From the NCBI RefSeq assembly GCF_009914755.1, contig NC_060948.1: a stretch of DNA of 64,000 bases, one strand, 5' to 3'. The notes beneath the pieces are model-generated. The model was not told the DNA's origin. It searched no databases and saw only the letters and a program-made list of their open reading frames with translations. The position numbers and the translations under genes are program-made. This document shows, in pieces, positions 20,651-34,931 of the stretch (position 1 is the first letter of the stretch; every line of letters starts with the position of its first letter). Source of the DNA: the human T2T-CHM13v2.0 reference genome, Homo sapiens.

Positions 20651-22434
20651 TTTTAAAATCCTTGAACCCAAGAGATGGAGGTTGCAGTGAGCTGAGATCA
20701 GGCCACTGCATTCCAGACTGAGTGACAGAGTGGAACGAGATTTCAAAACAAAACAAAACAAAACAAAACAAAACAGTCACTGGAAAGATAATAAAATACA
20801 TAAATGTGGGATGTAATATGTAATCGTGATAAAATAAACTGGATTTTTTGTATAAGTTATACATATAAATGTAATGCCAAGACACTGATAAGACAACTCA
20901 TGGTCTTATCTCAATACTTAGTGTCTTCATGTAACATATGTCCTTTAGGATAGTTATAGTCCGTTTTCTTTCCAGGAGAGACAGATGAGAATGCAGAAAT
21001 GTTAAAGTGCAAGGGACGGAAGCTTCCAGCTGTGCCCACCTGTAACCTGACGTAGACAGTTCCACCGTTTGCTTCATTAATCATGCCAAAGGCTCTAATG
21101 CAAATGTGGTACAGAGTCACATGTTTTTGTATCTACATGATAGAAACTATAACTTCATCCCTATATAGAAGGGTATATAGCATATGCCTCAGTGATAAAT
21201 ATAAGTGAATCATTGATCAGTAGGAAACCATTTTAAAAGTCTTTCATAACAGAACAAAATCCCTGAAAACATTTTCTTCTCAATCTCTGAGTTTTCTTAC
21301 ACGGCTTATGAATCTCTAGCCATACTAAAGAGATAGTATGCTGCTCTTCCCACAAATTATTCATTGTATATAATTCCTGTAATCTAATAACAGTACCTTT
21401 ACACCTCAGGGTTTAAAATGACTCCAACCTTTTTCTGTTTCTCCAATTAAAATAACTTTTTTAAGGTTTAATCTTCAGTAATTTTTTGTAGTAATATTTT
21501 TGAAGGTATTTGACCAGGATGATTTGCTTATATACCTACCTGACGTCTCCCTTTCTTCTGAATACATATTTTATTACCCACCTATTAGATCTAAGTTTAA
21601 GAAGTTGGAATAGGGATTTAAATCTAAATTCTACATTTGAATTTACAGGAGTCAGCGAGTCCGGGAAGTGCCTTTATGCACAGACCAATATCTGGCAATG
21701 GCACCAGGAGACAAATAAGCTTTACCAGTCTCAAAGCCCTGGCTACTACAGTGAATCCACCCTTCTCCTGGATCTTATCTACTTCAGCAAAAGAAGGCCA
21801 CCCACTAAACCAGGCCCTTGTACTTTGGGTGGAAACTCCTAAGTCCTCTAGTCTCCTCAAACAGACAGCCAGGCTGCCAATTTCCACAATAATAATTTCT
21901 ATAGCACTGAGTCTTTGGTAGCCTTGTAACTATAGCTACTGATGCTACAGTCTGGTCCCTGTATGATAAAACACCAGAGCAACAGAAACAAAAATATTGA
22001 CTGAAGCCTTCTAAAATCTCTCTAAATATACCTTCAATAAATATCGTTTTTTTTTACAGAACGACTGCTTTCAGCTTCCTGAACGAACGCTTGGCCTTCG
22101 CTAGTTGTCACTGTTGAAATTGATTCAAAAGTGTACATTTAACATGAAAGTCAACACAGAATTTCATGTGTCAGCAACTAAAATTTTCAAAATGTTGCAA
22201 AATACAAATGTGAAACTGTATTTGTGAAATTTACCATTCATTGAAATTATATTTTCATACCTACCCAGGCACAGAATTTTTTATAACTGTCTGCATGTTC
22301 TCCTCATGTGGGGGAAAAACAGCATCAGCAGGCAGAGGAATCCTTTGAAGCTGGAGGGAGAGGTTGCAGTGATCTGAGAGTTTGCCACTTGACTGCAGCC
22401 TGGATGACACAGTGAGACTCCAACTGAAAAGAAA

Positions 22435-22471
<37 letters not shown>

Positions 22472-22536
22472 CCAAAATTGATAAGTAAAAAAAAAATCCG
22501 TATTCGAAAACATGCTCACAGGCTAACTCCCATATC

Positions 22537-22589
<53 letters not shown>

Positions 22590-23011
22590 TCCTTGAAAAC
22601 GAAAGTTCCACAAGGGCGAAACAAGAAAACAAATTTAACACCCCCCAAAGAAAGTACGAAGAGTAACCTCAAAAGAACCGCAGGGGAAAACAATTCAAAA
22701 TTTACAAGTATCTACCCTAAAAGAAGCTGAAAGTCCCTCAAAAACTTTCCAGAGGCCATGTCCTTGTATTACAAAAATGATCATAAAAACTGGCAGGAGT
22801 AGACGAATAGAAATGCATCTTAAAACTTGCTGAACACTTCAAGTCTCCCATAAGAATTGTAATGGAAAATGGATCAGTCGGCAGTTTTTTCCATACAATT
22901 ATGAACAAATTATATTTCTTCATACATAGATTTGTTTTTTCAATATTCTAAGGAATTAACTTTTATATTAATAGTAGGTGATGTAAGAAAGCAGGCCTTT
23001 ATCAAGATAAC

Positions 23012-26000
23012 TGACACTGGATGTCCATACCATTACTCAGGTGGGCCTTAATTCCCAGCCAGGTTCCCTCCCTGGACACACACTGAAGGTCCCCAGCCAT
23101 TTGGCAATCTCTTCACATTCCCAGCCCTGGAGGTAGCCCTAAAATACATGTACCTGAAGAAAATAAAACATTGCCTCACACTGGAGCCCAGTGTGGTCCT
23201 CCAGATTCCGTGTGAGGTGGACTAACTTATATGGGAAGGCAGGGCAGCAGGAGTGAGGATGGCAGAGAGGATTACACATGTCAAGGCAGCCGGGGTCATG
23301 GAAACAAAACATGACTGGCCTGGGAGAAACACTGTGAAAGGACACAGACCTAGGTGGGCCTCAGGTGGACATCCTCATGGAGAAAAAGGGGGCCCTGGTT
23401 GATCTCAAAATGAGCCCCAGGTGGTAGCAGGTCTTACCGCAGGGCAGGGAGCTGGCGAGTAATGATGAGACAGCTATCCCTTAAGCCCTGCTTGTCACCC
23501 ACTGACTTTAGCCACATATGCATCATAGTGGCTTAAGGTGCCCCGATCCTGAAATGTGGGTGTTACATGTCCCTGATGGGCCTCTCTCCCCCAACCCACG
23601 GATTGCCTGGGATTGCTCACTGCAGTCTCCTCCCGGATCCTTGGGTTCTCCATGTGGGGCCCAGATCCAGGTCAAAAGGCCTCTCAGTTCCCAGCCCTTC
23701 CCAGCCCTAGGCTGCTCGCCTGGCCTCCTCTCTGTTCCGCCTCTAGGTCTGACCCTCTCTCCATGGGATAGAACTGCAATGGATTGAGCCATAGGCCCTG
23801 GCTGATGATCTAGGGGACTGCAGAAGTGGGTCCAGGACAGTTCAGGTGACAGTTCAAAGCCAATTCCCCAGAGACCAAGGAATGACCAGCTAGGTCCTTT
23901 CCCATGATGCCCCACGGCGAACCCCACCTCAGCAATCCTGCCAAAACCCGGGCAGTCATGTTCAGCCAAACAGCTGAATGAGCTCAGGTAGGAGGTGTAC
24001 TGCCTGCAGCTGGAGGCTTGACCTTCGTGATCCCAGAACCGCTGGACTGCAGTGGAATGAGACACCCTGTAGCCTGCAGGGAGAGGAGTCAGGAAGGTTC
24101 ATGCCAGTCCCACCCTCCCACACACCAGCTCCCCTACCATGCTGGGAGGCATTCCTTACCGAGGATGCCAACACAGTGCTCCTTCATGATGATTTCACTG
24201 TGGAAATAAAGGTTGGGATGAAAGGAAATCATCCTGCCACCGGTAACCGGGATGGCTGAGTTCCTCCACCTGCCGGATCAAGGAGAAAGAGGATGGATTC
24301 AATGGGACCATCTCAACTAGCTGGGCTGAGGTGGCCTACTAGCTGTAGTGAACCATGAGTTTCCCCTTCCCAGCTCTCCCACTGAGACAACCCTGGTCCC
24401 CAGGGGGACCTCAAACTGACTCAGACACTGGACTCCTCCCACAGACCCAGGCTCCCCAGCCTGACCTGCAAATCCATCACGTAGCAAAGCAGGACTTCCG
24501 CATGCTTTCCGACCCACGCCGACATCTCGGGTGTGCCAAACAATCTACCTCTGCGCAAGAACTCTCCAGAGGATTGGGTGGGCAAGCCTCGTGACGCCTT
24601 GCAATTTCGCAAGAACACAGACAATGTGGAACAGGGCCATCTCCCAGACATTTGGCCAGTCACCCTTCATTGTTGGCCCTCTATCTCTGTCTGGCGAGGA
24701 GGCAACGCCACAACTGTGGTGGGTTTTGGAGTGGGTGGACCCCGGCCAAGACGGCCTGGGCTGACCAGAGACGGGAGGCAGAAAAAGTGGGCAGGTGGTT
24801 GCAGCTGAGGGACGGGAGGGACCGGGGGTGGTGTGAGGCGGCTGCTTCTCTGAGTTTCTGAGATGCAGGAGGCCTTTGTGTGCTGGGTGCTGGACATGCT
24901 CCGCTGATGTCCGGGTGTGTGGTGTCCTCTTATCCTAGTCTCCCTGAGGGGTGGGCCTGTCCACCTGAGGGAAGCCTTGTAGTTAGAAGCCACAGCAGGG
25001 TCGTGCCTGGCGCTCTCCAAGGGAATTGCGTGGGTCCAGAGGAAGTTATACAGGCTCAGGGCCTACACGCCTTTGAGTGCAGCGCCTGCAGTTGGATGAA
25101 TGCGCATCTGCGGAGCTGGTGCCCGCCGTCAGGTGGTCGGCAGCCCCATGCGCCGCGAACCCGTCTTAAGCACCTTGTGTTTCTGGGGTGAGCCTGCTGG
25201 AAACAGGCACCGAGAGCAGGGGTGGTTCAATGGCTGGTAATGGCATACAGATTCCCCGTCCTCCAGGGACGTTCCCAGGGAAACGCGTCCTTCGAATTTG
25301 GGCTGTGCGCAAAGGGACCTTGGCGCCGCGATTCTCCCTTGTCAGTGCTGGCCCTGGCTCCCCTTCCCTACCACGTGCTCCCAGGGCTGCTACAAGCGAG
25401 CTGCCCTCACAGCTGCGGGAACGTGGCCTCGGCTCCCACGCTGTCCCCCATCCCCTGCCTCCTGGCTGACCCCACGTGCCTCCCACCTGGCTCCTCCCCC
25501 CAAACAGCCCCCATACCCCCGAGGCCCGATGACTATCCCCTGCTGCCCGCCATCCCAAATCGGCAGCCGCAAGGATATGGCTCTGGCTCACAAGGCGGAG
25601 ATGCTCTGTGGCCTGGGGCATTCACGGAGCCCAGCTCCAAGTGAAGGACCTCCAGCGAGTCCATTGACGGCCCCGGTGTGCTCGGTCCAGGGCCAGGCTG
25701 TGCCCGCTGGCCCTCCTTCTGCCACCCCACGTCGGGCTCCACCTCAACCACCACCTCCACCTCAGCCATGATGTCTTCCACCTTCAGCACCGCCTCCTCT
25801 TCCAAGGCCGCCTCCTTGCTCTGTACCCCGGCCGTCCTCTCCAGCATTGCCTCCAGCCTGAACACGGTTTTCTCCTGGGTGCTCCCACAGACCCTGGGCC
25901 TGCGCAGCCCAGCCCAGCCCAGCCCATGCCCCGCACCCGTAGGCTCTGGGGGCCCGCTCCCCAGCAGACCCGCTCCCTGCAAGACCCACGGGCGTCGCCC

Positions 26001-26014
26001 TGCTGTGAACCTGG
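23012..26014 (-). pseudogene. FAM197Y: TSPY-family paralogue A, unit 2; exon homologues ~26014-25517, 24544-24466, 24269-24160, 24073-23928, 23809-23720
   Basis: Copy of 2699-5700; exon 2 homologue is 79 nt here (77 nt in units 1 and 3). Confidence 0.8.
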
Positions 26015-27630
26015 TCCCACACCTACGTGGACCCAGGTTTCCTGAGGAGCTCCGCTGGACCCGCAGATCCCGCACTGGCCAAAGGGCTCCGGTCCCCAGC
26101 AGGCTCAACTGCGCACAGGAGCTCGGGAGCCAGAGGCCCCGGCCCTGGGCTTGCAGAGCCCCACCAACAGGCACCGCAACCGCTGCTGCGGGTGCGGGAG
26201 CCTCTGGGTCGTCAAGGCAGCGCACAACAGCGTGCGCGCAGGCCGACAATGGCCAACCCTGGCGGCTGGCCTCTGGTGTGCCCAGGGCATAGGACAAGAG
26301 GCCCTTTGGAATGCTCCTTGGAGTACAGCATCCTCAGGGAGGAAGCATGGTACTCGGAGCCTCTATTTGCCTCGACCTGTGAGAGTGTGTGCCGGGGCTC
26401 TGGCCTCTACAGCAGATCAATTCCACCTCAGCACCGGCAGGCGACTTTCCTCCCACGTGCCCGCCCCGATCACTTCCCCCAGGACACCCCTGCCGCCCTA
26501 GCCCCAGCAACCAGAGAGAGTTCTCTGCATCTGCTGTATTACCTCCGTACCATCTACCTGGCCTGCCTAACGAAGAGAGATGTTTCCTGTGTTCATGACA
26601 CATAGAGATGTTCATGGCTTGCCACACTGAGGATGTCAGGGCACAGGGCTGCCATGCCCACAATTCCAAAGGCCACGCAGCCCGCGTGTGCCCGGATGCC
26701 TAGCTACCCGGCACAAGCTCCAAGGGCTTCTCGGAGGAGGCTTGGGCAGGGAAGGCAGGGGGGTGGGGGGGCTGGAGATGCAGGCCCGCCAGTGGCTGTG
26801 CCGCCCAGGGAGACGCCCACCGCCCTCCCATTGACTGGCCACGACGGGAGGAAGTCGGCCTGGGTGCGGCCCCCCGGCCCTTCGCGCGCAGTCCCTTAGG
26901 GGGCGCCTGGAAGCCCGGCGCATGCGCCCTGAGGGCTCGCTGACCTACCGGGTGCCAGAGAGGCTGCGGCAGGGTTTCTGTGGCGTGGGTCGGGCAGCAC
27001 AGGCCTTGGTGTGTGCGAGTGCCAAGGAGGGCACCGCCTTCAGGATGGAGGCTGTACAGGAGGGGGCGGCCGGGGTGGAGAGTGAGCAGGCGGCTTTGGG
27101 GGAGGAGGCGGTGCTGCTGTTGGATGACATAATGGCGGAGGTGGAGGTGGTGGCGGAGGTGGAGGTGGTGGCGGAGGAGGAGGGCCTCGTGGAGCGGCGG
27201 GAGGAGGCCCAGCGGGCACAGCAGGCTGTGCCTGGCCCTGGGCCCATGACCCCAGAGTCTGCACTGGAGGAGCTGCTGGCCGTTCAGGTGGAGCTGGAGC
27301 CGGTTAATGCCCAAGCCAGGAAGGCCTTTTCTCGGCAGCGGGAAAAGATGGAGCGGAGGCGCAAGCCCCAGCTAGACCGCAGAGGCGCCGTCATCCAGAG
27401 CGTCCCTGGCTTCTGGGCCAATGTTGTATCCTTCTCAGTGTTTCTTCGGCCTTTCTAGTGGAGAGGTGCTCTCGGGGAAGTGTAAGTGACCGATGGGCAG
27501 CTCGGCGTCGATGTGACTCTTTGGGGAACAAAGGGGAGTTGCCACGGACCAATGTGGCTGTGGAAAGCCGGAGCAGGCGTGGGTACTATTGTCCTGCATG
27601 CGGCAGAGAAACCCTTGGTGATGCCGAGCA
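25095..27630. promoter_or_regulatory. CpG island / TSPY promoter, unit 2
   Basis: Copy of 4780-7300. Confidence 0.8.
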
Positions 27631-29502
27631 GCAGACGTTTGGGGCATCTTTTTGAAGAGCAGAAGCGAGTTCAGAGCGGAAGAGGTTTTTCAGTGAATGA
27701 AGCTATTTTTAAGGGAGTGTGATTGCTGCCCCTTGCTAGTCCGATCTGGGACTGGGCGTCTTCGGCTATAAGCAGATTCTGCCACTCCTCAGACACCAGC
27801 AAGTCTCTGCAAATCGCGCCTCCCCATGTCAGTGCAGTCAGCCTCAGAATCATACACCCTCTGTGAACACAGGAGGCCTTAGTTTACGGGGAGGGGGAGG
27901 CGAAAGGAGATCATACATGGAAGCAGATCTGAGAAATCCCCTACCCCAGCCTCTGGGTGCTCTTAGGCCTTCTTCCCTGTTGCTCCTCGCTTTCCCTTCC
28001 ATCGTGTGTAAAGTCTCTTTGACCTAAATCAGATTGCAAACCACCCCCAGATGTCAGCCCTGATCACTGACGAAGATGAAGACATGCTGAGCTACATGGT
28101 CAGCCTGGAGGTGAGGCCAGGAAGACTGGGGCTAGAGGGTTTAGCGGGGGAGGGTAAGGGAAATAATTCATTCCTGTAAGCAAGAGTGAGCACCTCACCC
28201 GAAAACCTATCTAAGCTTTCTCCACCTTGTCCTGACAGGTGGAAGAAGAGAAGCATCCTGTTCATCTCTGCAAGATCATGTTGTTCTTTCGGAGTAACCC
28301 CTACTTCCAGAATAAAGTGATTACCAAGGAATATCTGGTGAACATCACAGGTGACAGGTGGCTCCCAGGATGGGTAGTGGAAGGAAGATGGTGGGTGGAT
28401 CATTGCCAACGGGATCCAGCCCCCTTCCCACAAAAACTCCTGTCTCTGTAGAATACAGGGCTTCTCATTCCACTCCAATTGAGTGGTATCCGGATTATGA
28501 AGTGGAGGCCTATCGCCGCAGACACCACAACAGCAGCCTTAACTTCTTCAACTGGTTCTCTGACCACAACTTCGCAGGATCTAACAAGATTGCTGAGGTG
28601 AGTCCTCACTGGGAAACATGAGGAATGACCCCGTGTGTTCCCAGCTGCTTGGGTCACCTTTCTGAGCCCTGATGAGGCCTTTCCCGATTGAGTCCCCTGA
28701 CAGATCCTATGTAAGGACCTGTGGCGCAATCCCCTGCAATACTACAAGAGGATGAAGCCACCTGAAGAGGGAACAGAGACGTCAGGTGAGCCGTTAGTTG
28801 GCACTGGAGCTGTTTGATGCCCAGTATAAGGGGGTTGACACACCTGCCTATTCAGGGAGCCTGGGTGCTCATTTCAGAAATGTAGAAATTGAGGCTCCTT
28901 TCGTACATGTAGAAATTCCTTGAGAGGAAGACAGAGAGTGACAGAATCCAGGACGTTCATGGCATTGGGCTGAAAAGGCACGTTAGAGACTGCACTGCAA
29001 AGCGGGTGATAGCTGTGGAGTCTTAAGCCCAGTGAAGAATCGTCCATTTCCAGAATCAATGAGAAGTAAAGCTGAAAATCATTCAGTTCAGTCTGTGGCA
29101 CTTGATTCCACGGCTGTCAACCCCACCGGCAGTCATCCCACCAACCCCATGAGATTGGGCTCCCTGAATGTGCGTCCTGGTCATCCTTGCCCCAAACCAC
29201 AAAGGACTGTTTAGATTGATGGATTTCCTTAAGCTGTTGCCCCATCAGACTTGTGTGTGCTTTTAGGGCCCAGTGCATCTTGTTAGCTGACTCCCCTCAC
29301 AGACAATACTGGGAATGGGGCAGGGATTGCGCAGAACAGTTTGTAACACGTGGTAGGAGGAAGTTTAAGGGATCACAAATGGGGAAGGGATATCCTTTTC
29401 TCAGCGGGCCCCACAATTGAAACATTTCAAAGTATGGCTCAGAGAAAATGCGTTTTAACATGAGTTTGTGTTTCTCTAGGGGACTCCCAGTTGTTGAGTT
29501 GA
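26922..29502 (+). CDS. TSPY: TSPY copy 2, 314 aa (18-bp in-frame duplication in exon 1); coding exons 26922-27425, 28033-28110, 28239-28350, 28452-28597, 28704-28785, 29480-29502
   Basis: Same exon structure as copy 1; [18 protein letters not shown] duplication; intact frame of 945 nt. Confidence 0.96.
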
Positions 29503-29672
29503 ATATGATGGAGCATCAGATTTTACCTAATACAGCAGAACTCCTAAAAAGTTACAGCCATATGCAGGACGGCAGTACTCAGCATGGTCTTATGCACAGG
29601 AACTAAAGGAAAAAGAGATCGAGTCACAAAAATTCAGGAAGAGGGGGTAAATGTGGATTGTATGGAATGAAA

Positions 29673-29678
29673 AATAAA
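29673..29678 (+). terminator. TSPY polyadenylation signal, copy 2
   Basis: AATAAA in the same context as copy 1. Confidence 0.8.
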
Positions 29679-32600
29679 CATTCTCAAGGATGTGTGACTC
29701 TGTGTCTGTGTGTGTGTGTGTGTCTTTGTGTTTGTGTGTGTGTGTGTGTGTATGTTTATCCACTTTATTCGGGTGTCATAATGAATTGATCAATCCACGT
29801 GCTTTATTCTCTTCATGGAAATAACCAGTCTGCGTTGGAGCTGGGCCTCTAAAGTTGTAGAGTGAATGGGTGTGGGATGTGTTGGGATTCTTCCTACAGG
29901 ACAGAGTGGGAGAGGTAAAAGCAAAAGACAGCTTAGTTGGAGGCTGACTTCGTCCTGTGGAAGCAGAGATAGTTCAAGGAAAGGGGTTACTGGGTTTCCA
30001 GGGCCCAGTTTGCTGGGACCTCCAAAATCCTTCATTTTGGGTATCATCATACACAGTAGCTAAGCACAGGATGATGGAAATCTTAAAGTTCGCTTTCGTG
30101 TTGAATCCACATGTTCTTTTAAAGGTGAATGCATGATCCTTTTCTGGGACAATCAGCCTCTCAGGACTTCTGAAACATCAACGTGAGAAGAAATGGGCAT
30201 GCAAGGTGTATGGAGGGACTGTGGGAAAGGTGACAGAGGCATGTGGGAAGGCATTCAGCATACGCTTTTGGTAGAGATGACTAAGGGAAAACAGAAACTT
30301 ACAGAAGTGAGGGGAAAGGGGGTGGATTAGTGGAATATAAGATTGTTGGAGAATCCATCCATGGACTCTCTTGTCACTTGATGACCCAGGATATGGACAC
30401 TCTTGTTGATGTTTACATCTTTAGTTGTTTTAAGCTTTTCTCCAAGATTCTGTGTTAGGTGAGGAGCCAATAACGTATGTAGCTAACAACAGTACGAGTG
30501 CATTTTGTGCTCTTGCAAAGTCTAGTGAGGCTCTATTCTCCCTCGTGATTGGCACTGCAGATTGTATCTGGAGCCCAGGGCCCCTAAATTTTCTGTGGCC
30601 TCTTCAGCATAGTTTGCCTAAGGTTTAGAACGTAAAGCGAATATAGTTGCGGAATATGTTTTGCAAGCCTCACACAGGAGGACAAAACATACAGCTTTCA
30701 TTCGCGAGTGGGAGGCTGCTTCCCAGGAACACGTGTGTCTGCACAAGACAAGGGGTTGCCTCTGTCAAGGATGGGGCAGGAGGATTTCAGTGTCGGAGGC
30801 AGAACTTTCTTTCCTGTTCCCAGATGAAACAGTTCCAACACGAGCATCCATGTTGACCACACGCTACTAGAGTGCTAACATTGCTGTCCCGTATAGACTC
30901 TGGTCAGCACAGCTTCTGTGAGAAGAGCTATGTTGTTTCAGGGAAGAGGGTTTGACAGTCAAAGTTCCTGAATCTGTTGTGGTGCCTGCAATATGCATTC
31001 TACCCCTCCTGCTCGGTGTCAAAGCAGTTGAGCTTTGAAAATCTATCGCCCGGTTTTGTCCCTGCTCCTATGCAGACCTCTGAAGCTCTGGAGCGGGAGT
31101 CTTGTCCTCCTCTGACTACCGTCCCCCTGACCCACAAACACAGGAGAAACAGGTGTTCTAAGCAAATTATTCTGAAAACAGTCGGAACCCTTTGGCCCCC
31201 TCAAGCTGCCCTGTATCCTACTGTGTGCATGTCAAAGACACTGTGGTCCAGTACGGTATCCCTATAGCGGCAATGGGGCAACAGATTGGTGTGTGCACTC
31301 TGGGCAACTCAGATTAGGAAACGTCTGGGGACTTGCCTATAACGAGGTCGTCTTAAAACGTGTTGCCCCAAATTTAAGGCATAGGAAAATGTTGAGGAAA
31401 GGGTCTTGCAATGATTTTTCTAGGAGGTAAATAGATAAGAAAATGACCGTAAATAGATGCCAGGGCTAGTTTTGGAGCTAGCCTGTTTTAAAGTGGTGGT
31501 AGGGGAGGAGCTTTTTCCAAGGCAGGTAGCAAACCAGGAACTGTCTACGATGGATGGGCGTGCCACGGGTTGGTGGCTCAGCCATATTGCCACCCCACCG
31601 AGTGAATGCAGCAGACTGGGCTTCTTCCTTGAATCCTACGTGCAATTCAGTCTAGTGATTTCACATGAGATCCCTTCTTCTGGTATTATCACAGATCGTG
31701 CTGAATTATACAGGCTGTGTAATGCTTCTTCCACTGAATATCCGTGCACGTGGGCCACAGATGCTAAGGGCACTGACAAATTTGCACCGTGCCTCAGTAA
31801 CTCGGAAGCACATCTGTGATTTGTACCGACAGGGACTTGGTGTCTTTTCGTGTTTAAAGTAGCACGTGTGTGTTTGTGGTTGCGTATGTTTATTTCTCTG
31901 TGCGGGTTTGTATATTTTCTCTGACTCCACCTGTGTCTCCGTGGTTCCGATATTTTTCCACACTCCCTGCGACAATTTGCACATGCCTATCTCTACAACC
32001 ATTGTAGACTTTGTATCTGTGTCTTTGAACATCTGTCACTCTCTCTCCCTTCCTTTTTTCTTTTCCTTCCTTTACACCCCTTTCATCCTTCCCTTGCTTC
32101 CCCACCACACTCTCTCCATCTGTATCGTCTATGTTTCTATTCTCTATCTGGGTTTACTTTCTAATTCTGAATTCAAGGGCATTGAATTGAAAAGAAGCAC
32201 TCTTCGTACTTTTATGTGTTTTAACTCATTTGGGGAATTTGGCGTGGTATTATTTACAGGGTTCTCTCTGCCCTTTCTCATTGTTCTCCCCAGCCGGGGC
32301 TGTTATTATGTGAAAGCTGGTTTCCTTCATCACATCGCGTAGGCTCTAATGATGTTTCGTTTATTTTGATTCTCCTCACACTACATAGTTTTAATTTACC
32401 TAATGTGACTCTTTTTTTGTTTGTTTTCCGAGAATGGGTCTTACTCTGTCTTCTAGGTTGGACAGCAGCCCCACGATCTCAGCCCACTGCAGCCCAGGCA
32501 CCACACACCCATGTGATCCTGTCAACTCAGACTCTCACACACCTGGCAGTACAGGTGCATGCCACCCCTCCAAGCTATGTATTAATTAACTAAATACTTA

Positions 32601-34931
32601 CTTTTTGAATGTGGGTCCATGTTGCCCCAGGCTCATCTGGAACTCCTGAGTGCAGGCAATCCTCCCACCTCAGCTTATCAAAGTGCTGGGATGACAGGTG
32701 TGACCCATGGCCCTGCCATGGCTTTGTGTTTTTTGCTTTTTTCTTCCTCCTCCTCACGTCTTGTTTTGAAACATGCACTGAAGGTTTCAATTCATGGACT
32801 ATAGTCTCTGTGCCTGGAATTTCTATCTTTCAACTCATCATCAGCATTCATTGGGATTTTCATATATATATACACCTATATAAGAATACCTATGTACACA
32901 CATATATACGTATATACATGTATATACGTATATATGCACATTTATATACGTATATACATGTATATACGTATATATATACATGTACACATATGTATTTATT
33001 TCTCAAGTTACGAAACGGCTTGCATTCTTTCCTGTGTCATGAAAAAGACTTTGCTAGAAAAGAAAAGCACTGCTTTATAATAAAATATTTTATTTGCATT
33101 TATTTTGTTAAGGCATTTTAAAAATTGTATGTTTGTTTAAAAAATGTCATATGAAATGATACATATTTACAACTTAAGGCGTGATGTTCAACAGGTCATA
33201 TACATTATGCATTGGATACATCCAGCCAATCAACATATGTGTGACCTCACATAGTTGTCATTTTTGTTGTGAAAAAACTTGACCTGCACTGTATTCGAAT
33301 ATTTTTAGAGAAAGAATATGTTACCACTAGTTATAGTGAGCATGCTGAAGAAAATATTTTTAACCTATTCCTCCTTTATAACTAGAAGTATGAGTTCTTC
33401 ATCCAGCATCTCGTCAGTGCACCCTCTTCACCGCAGTCATTGGAGTCACTACTTCTGTGAAGTCCGCTTTTTTGATTTCATATAAGAATGAGATCATGTG
33501 CTATTTTCCTTTCTGATACCTGGCTTATGTCACTTAACAGAATGGCATGCACACATTCAGCAGATTCCCACACATTCTCACAACTGGCAGGATTTCCTGA
33601 TTTCTTATTGCAGCGCATATTTCCGTTGCGCATATGCGTTTTTGCCCCATTTTTTAATCCACTTATCAATGGAGGGACACTCAGGTTGCTTCCGCATTTT
33701 GGCTACAGCAAAAATGTAATGAGTGCAGCAATAATTGCATGGGTGCGCGCACCGCTTCAACATACTGATCTGTGTACTGGCGGGCGTGCCCGGGTATTCT
33801 GATTTGCTGGATCATATAGTGGGTGGTTCTACTTGTAGATTTCTGAAGGCTGTTTATACTTAAATAAGAGCCATAAAGCTTCTTTAATGCCAGCACTAAT
33901 TTACATTCTCCCCAAAAGTGAGCAGGGAATTCGTTTTCTCTGCCTCCTCACCAGAGATTAGGGTTTTCTTTTCTTTCTTTTTTTTTTTTTGTTTGTTTGT
34001 CTTTCGGATAATATGCATTCTGACTGAAGTGAGAAGAAATCTCATTGTGTTTTTGATTTGCATTTTCGTGATGGATTGGGGATAATGAGGAATTTTTAGT
34101 GTGTCTTCTGGGCAACTGTATGTCTCAGTTTCACAAATGAGTCTTCGCAGCCTTCGCCCATTTGTTTTCATGCTATTGAGTTGTTGGGAGTTCCTTATGT
34201 ACTGTGACTATTCCCCCATGAACAGATGTATGGTGATCCAATCATTGCTCCCATCCTGTAGGATGCCCCTTCTGTATGTTGAGTTTTCTATGGTGTGGTG
34301 AAGCACTTTAGTTTGATATGATTCCATTCTCTATTTTTGATGGTGTTTACTGTGTTCTTGCAGTCACTTTGAGACCATCATTGCACACACGGACGCCATG
34401 GAGCTTCTTCCTTGTGATCTCTTCTGCTATTTTTATCGTTTCACATCTGACACTGGAGTTTGGTGATAAATAATCCACTTGTAAAATCCTTTGTGTGGCT
34501 ATTCAGATTTCCCCAACCTAGTTTATAGAAGATACTTGATTTTGCATTGGGCGTTCTTGCTTCTTTGGGAAAAGGCTGTGAGCTGCAAATGCAGTGACTT
34601 AGTTCTGGGCTCCTGTTGTTTTTCCTAAGCTCTAGTCTCTGCTTTTCTGCCAGTGCTATTGTATTTTGGTACAAAAAGTTTTGTAGTAGTATATCATGAA
34701 GTTAGGTAGTGTGGTGGCTCCAGCTTTGTGCTTTTTACTGGATTGCTCTGGGTTTTCAGGATCTTCTGCCATTTCATAGCAAATTTGGGATTCCCAGATT
34801 GTTTTTCTAAGAAGAATGTGTCATTGATATTTTTACAGGGGTTGTATAGAATCTGAGGATGACTCAGGTAGTAGTGATGTCAATGCCGTTTAGACAATGT
34901 GCGTGTTTGTGTGCACAAGCTCAGGGCCAAG

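Noticed and set aside
21510-21842. ORF extended in unit 2 by a TAG>CAG change
   Set aside because: Non-ATG start, no recognisable homology; consistent with a neutral paralogous variant.
32609-33121. 170 aa ORF in units 2 and 3
   Set aside because: Built from Alu sequence plus the TA-rich tract, and broken in unit 1.
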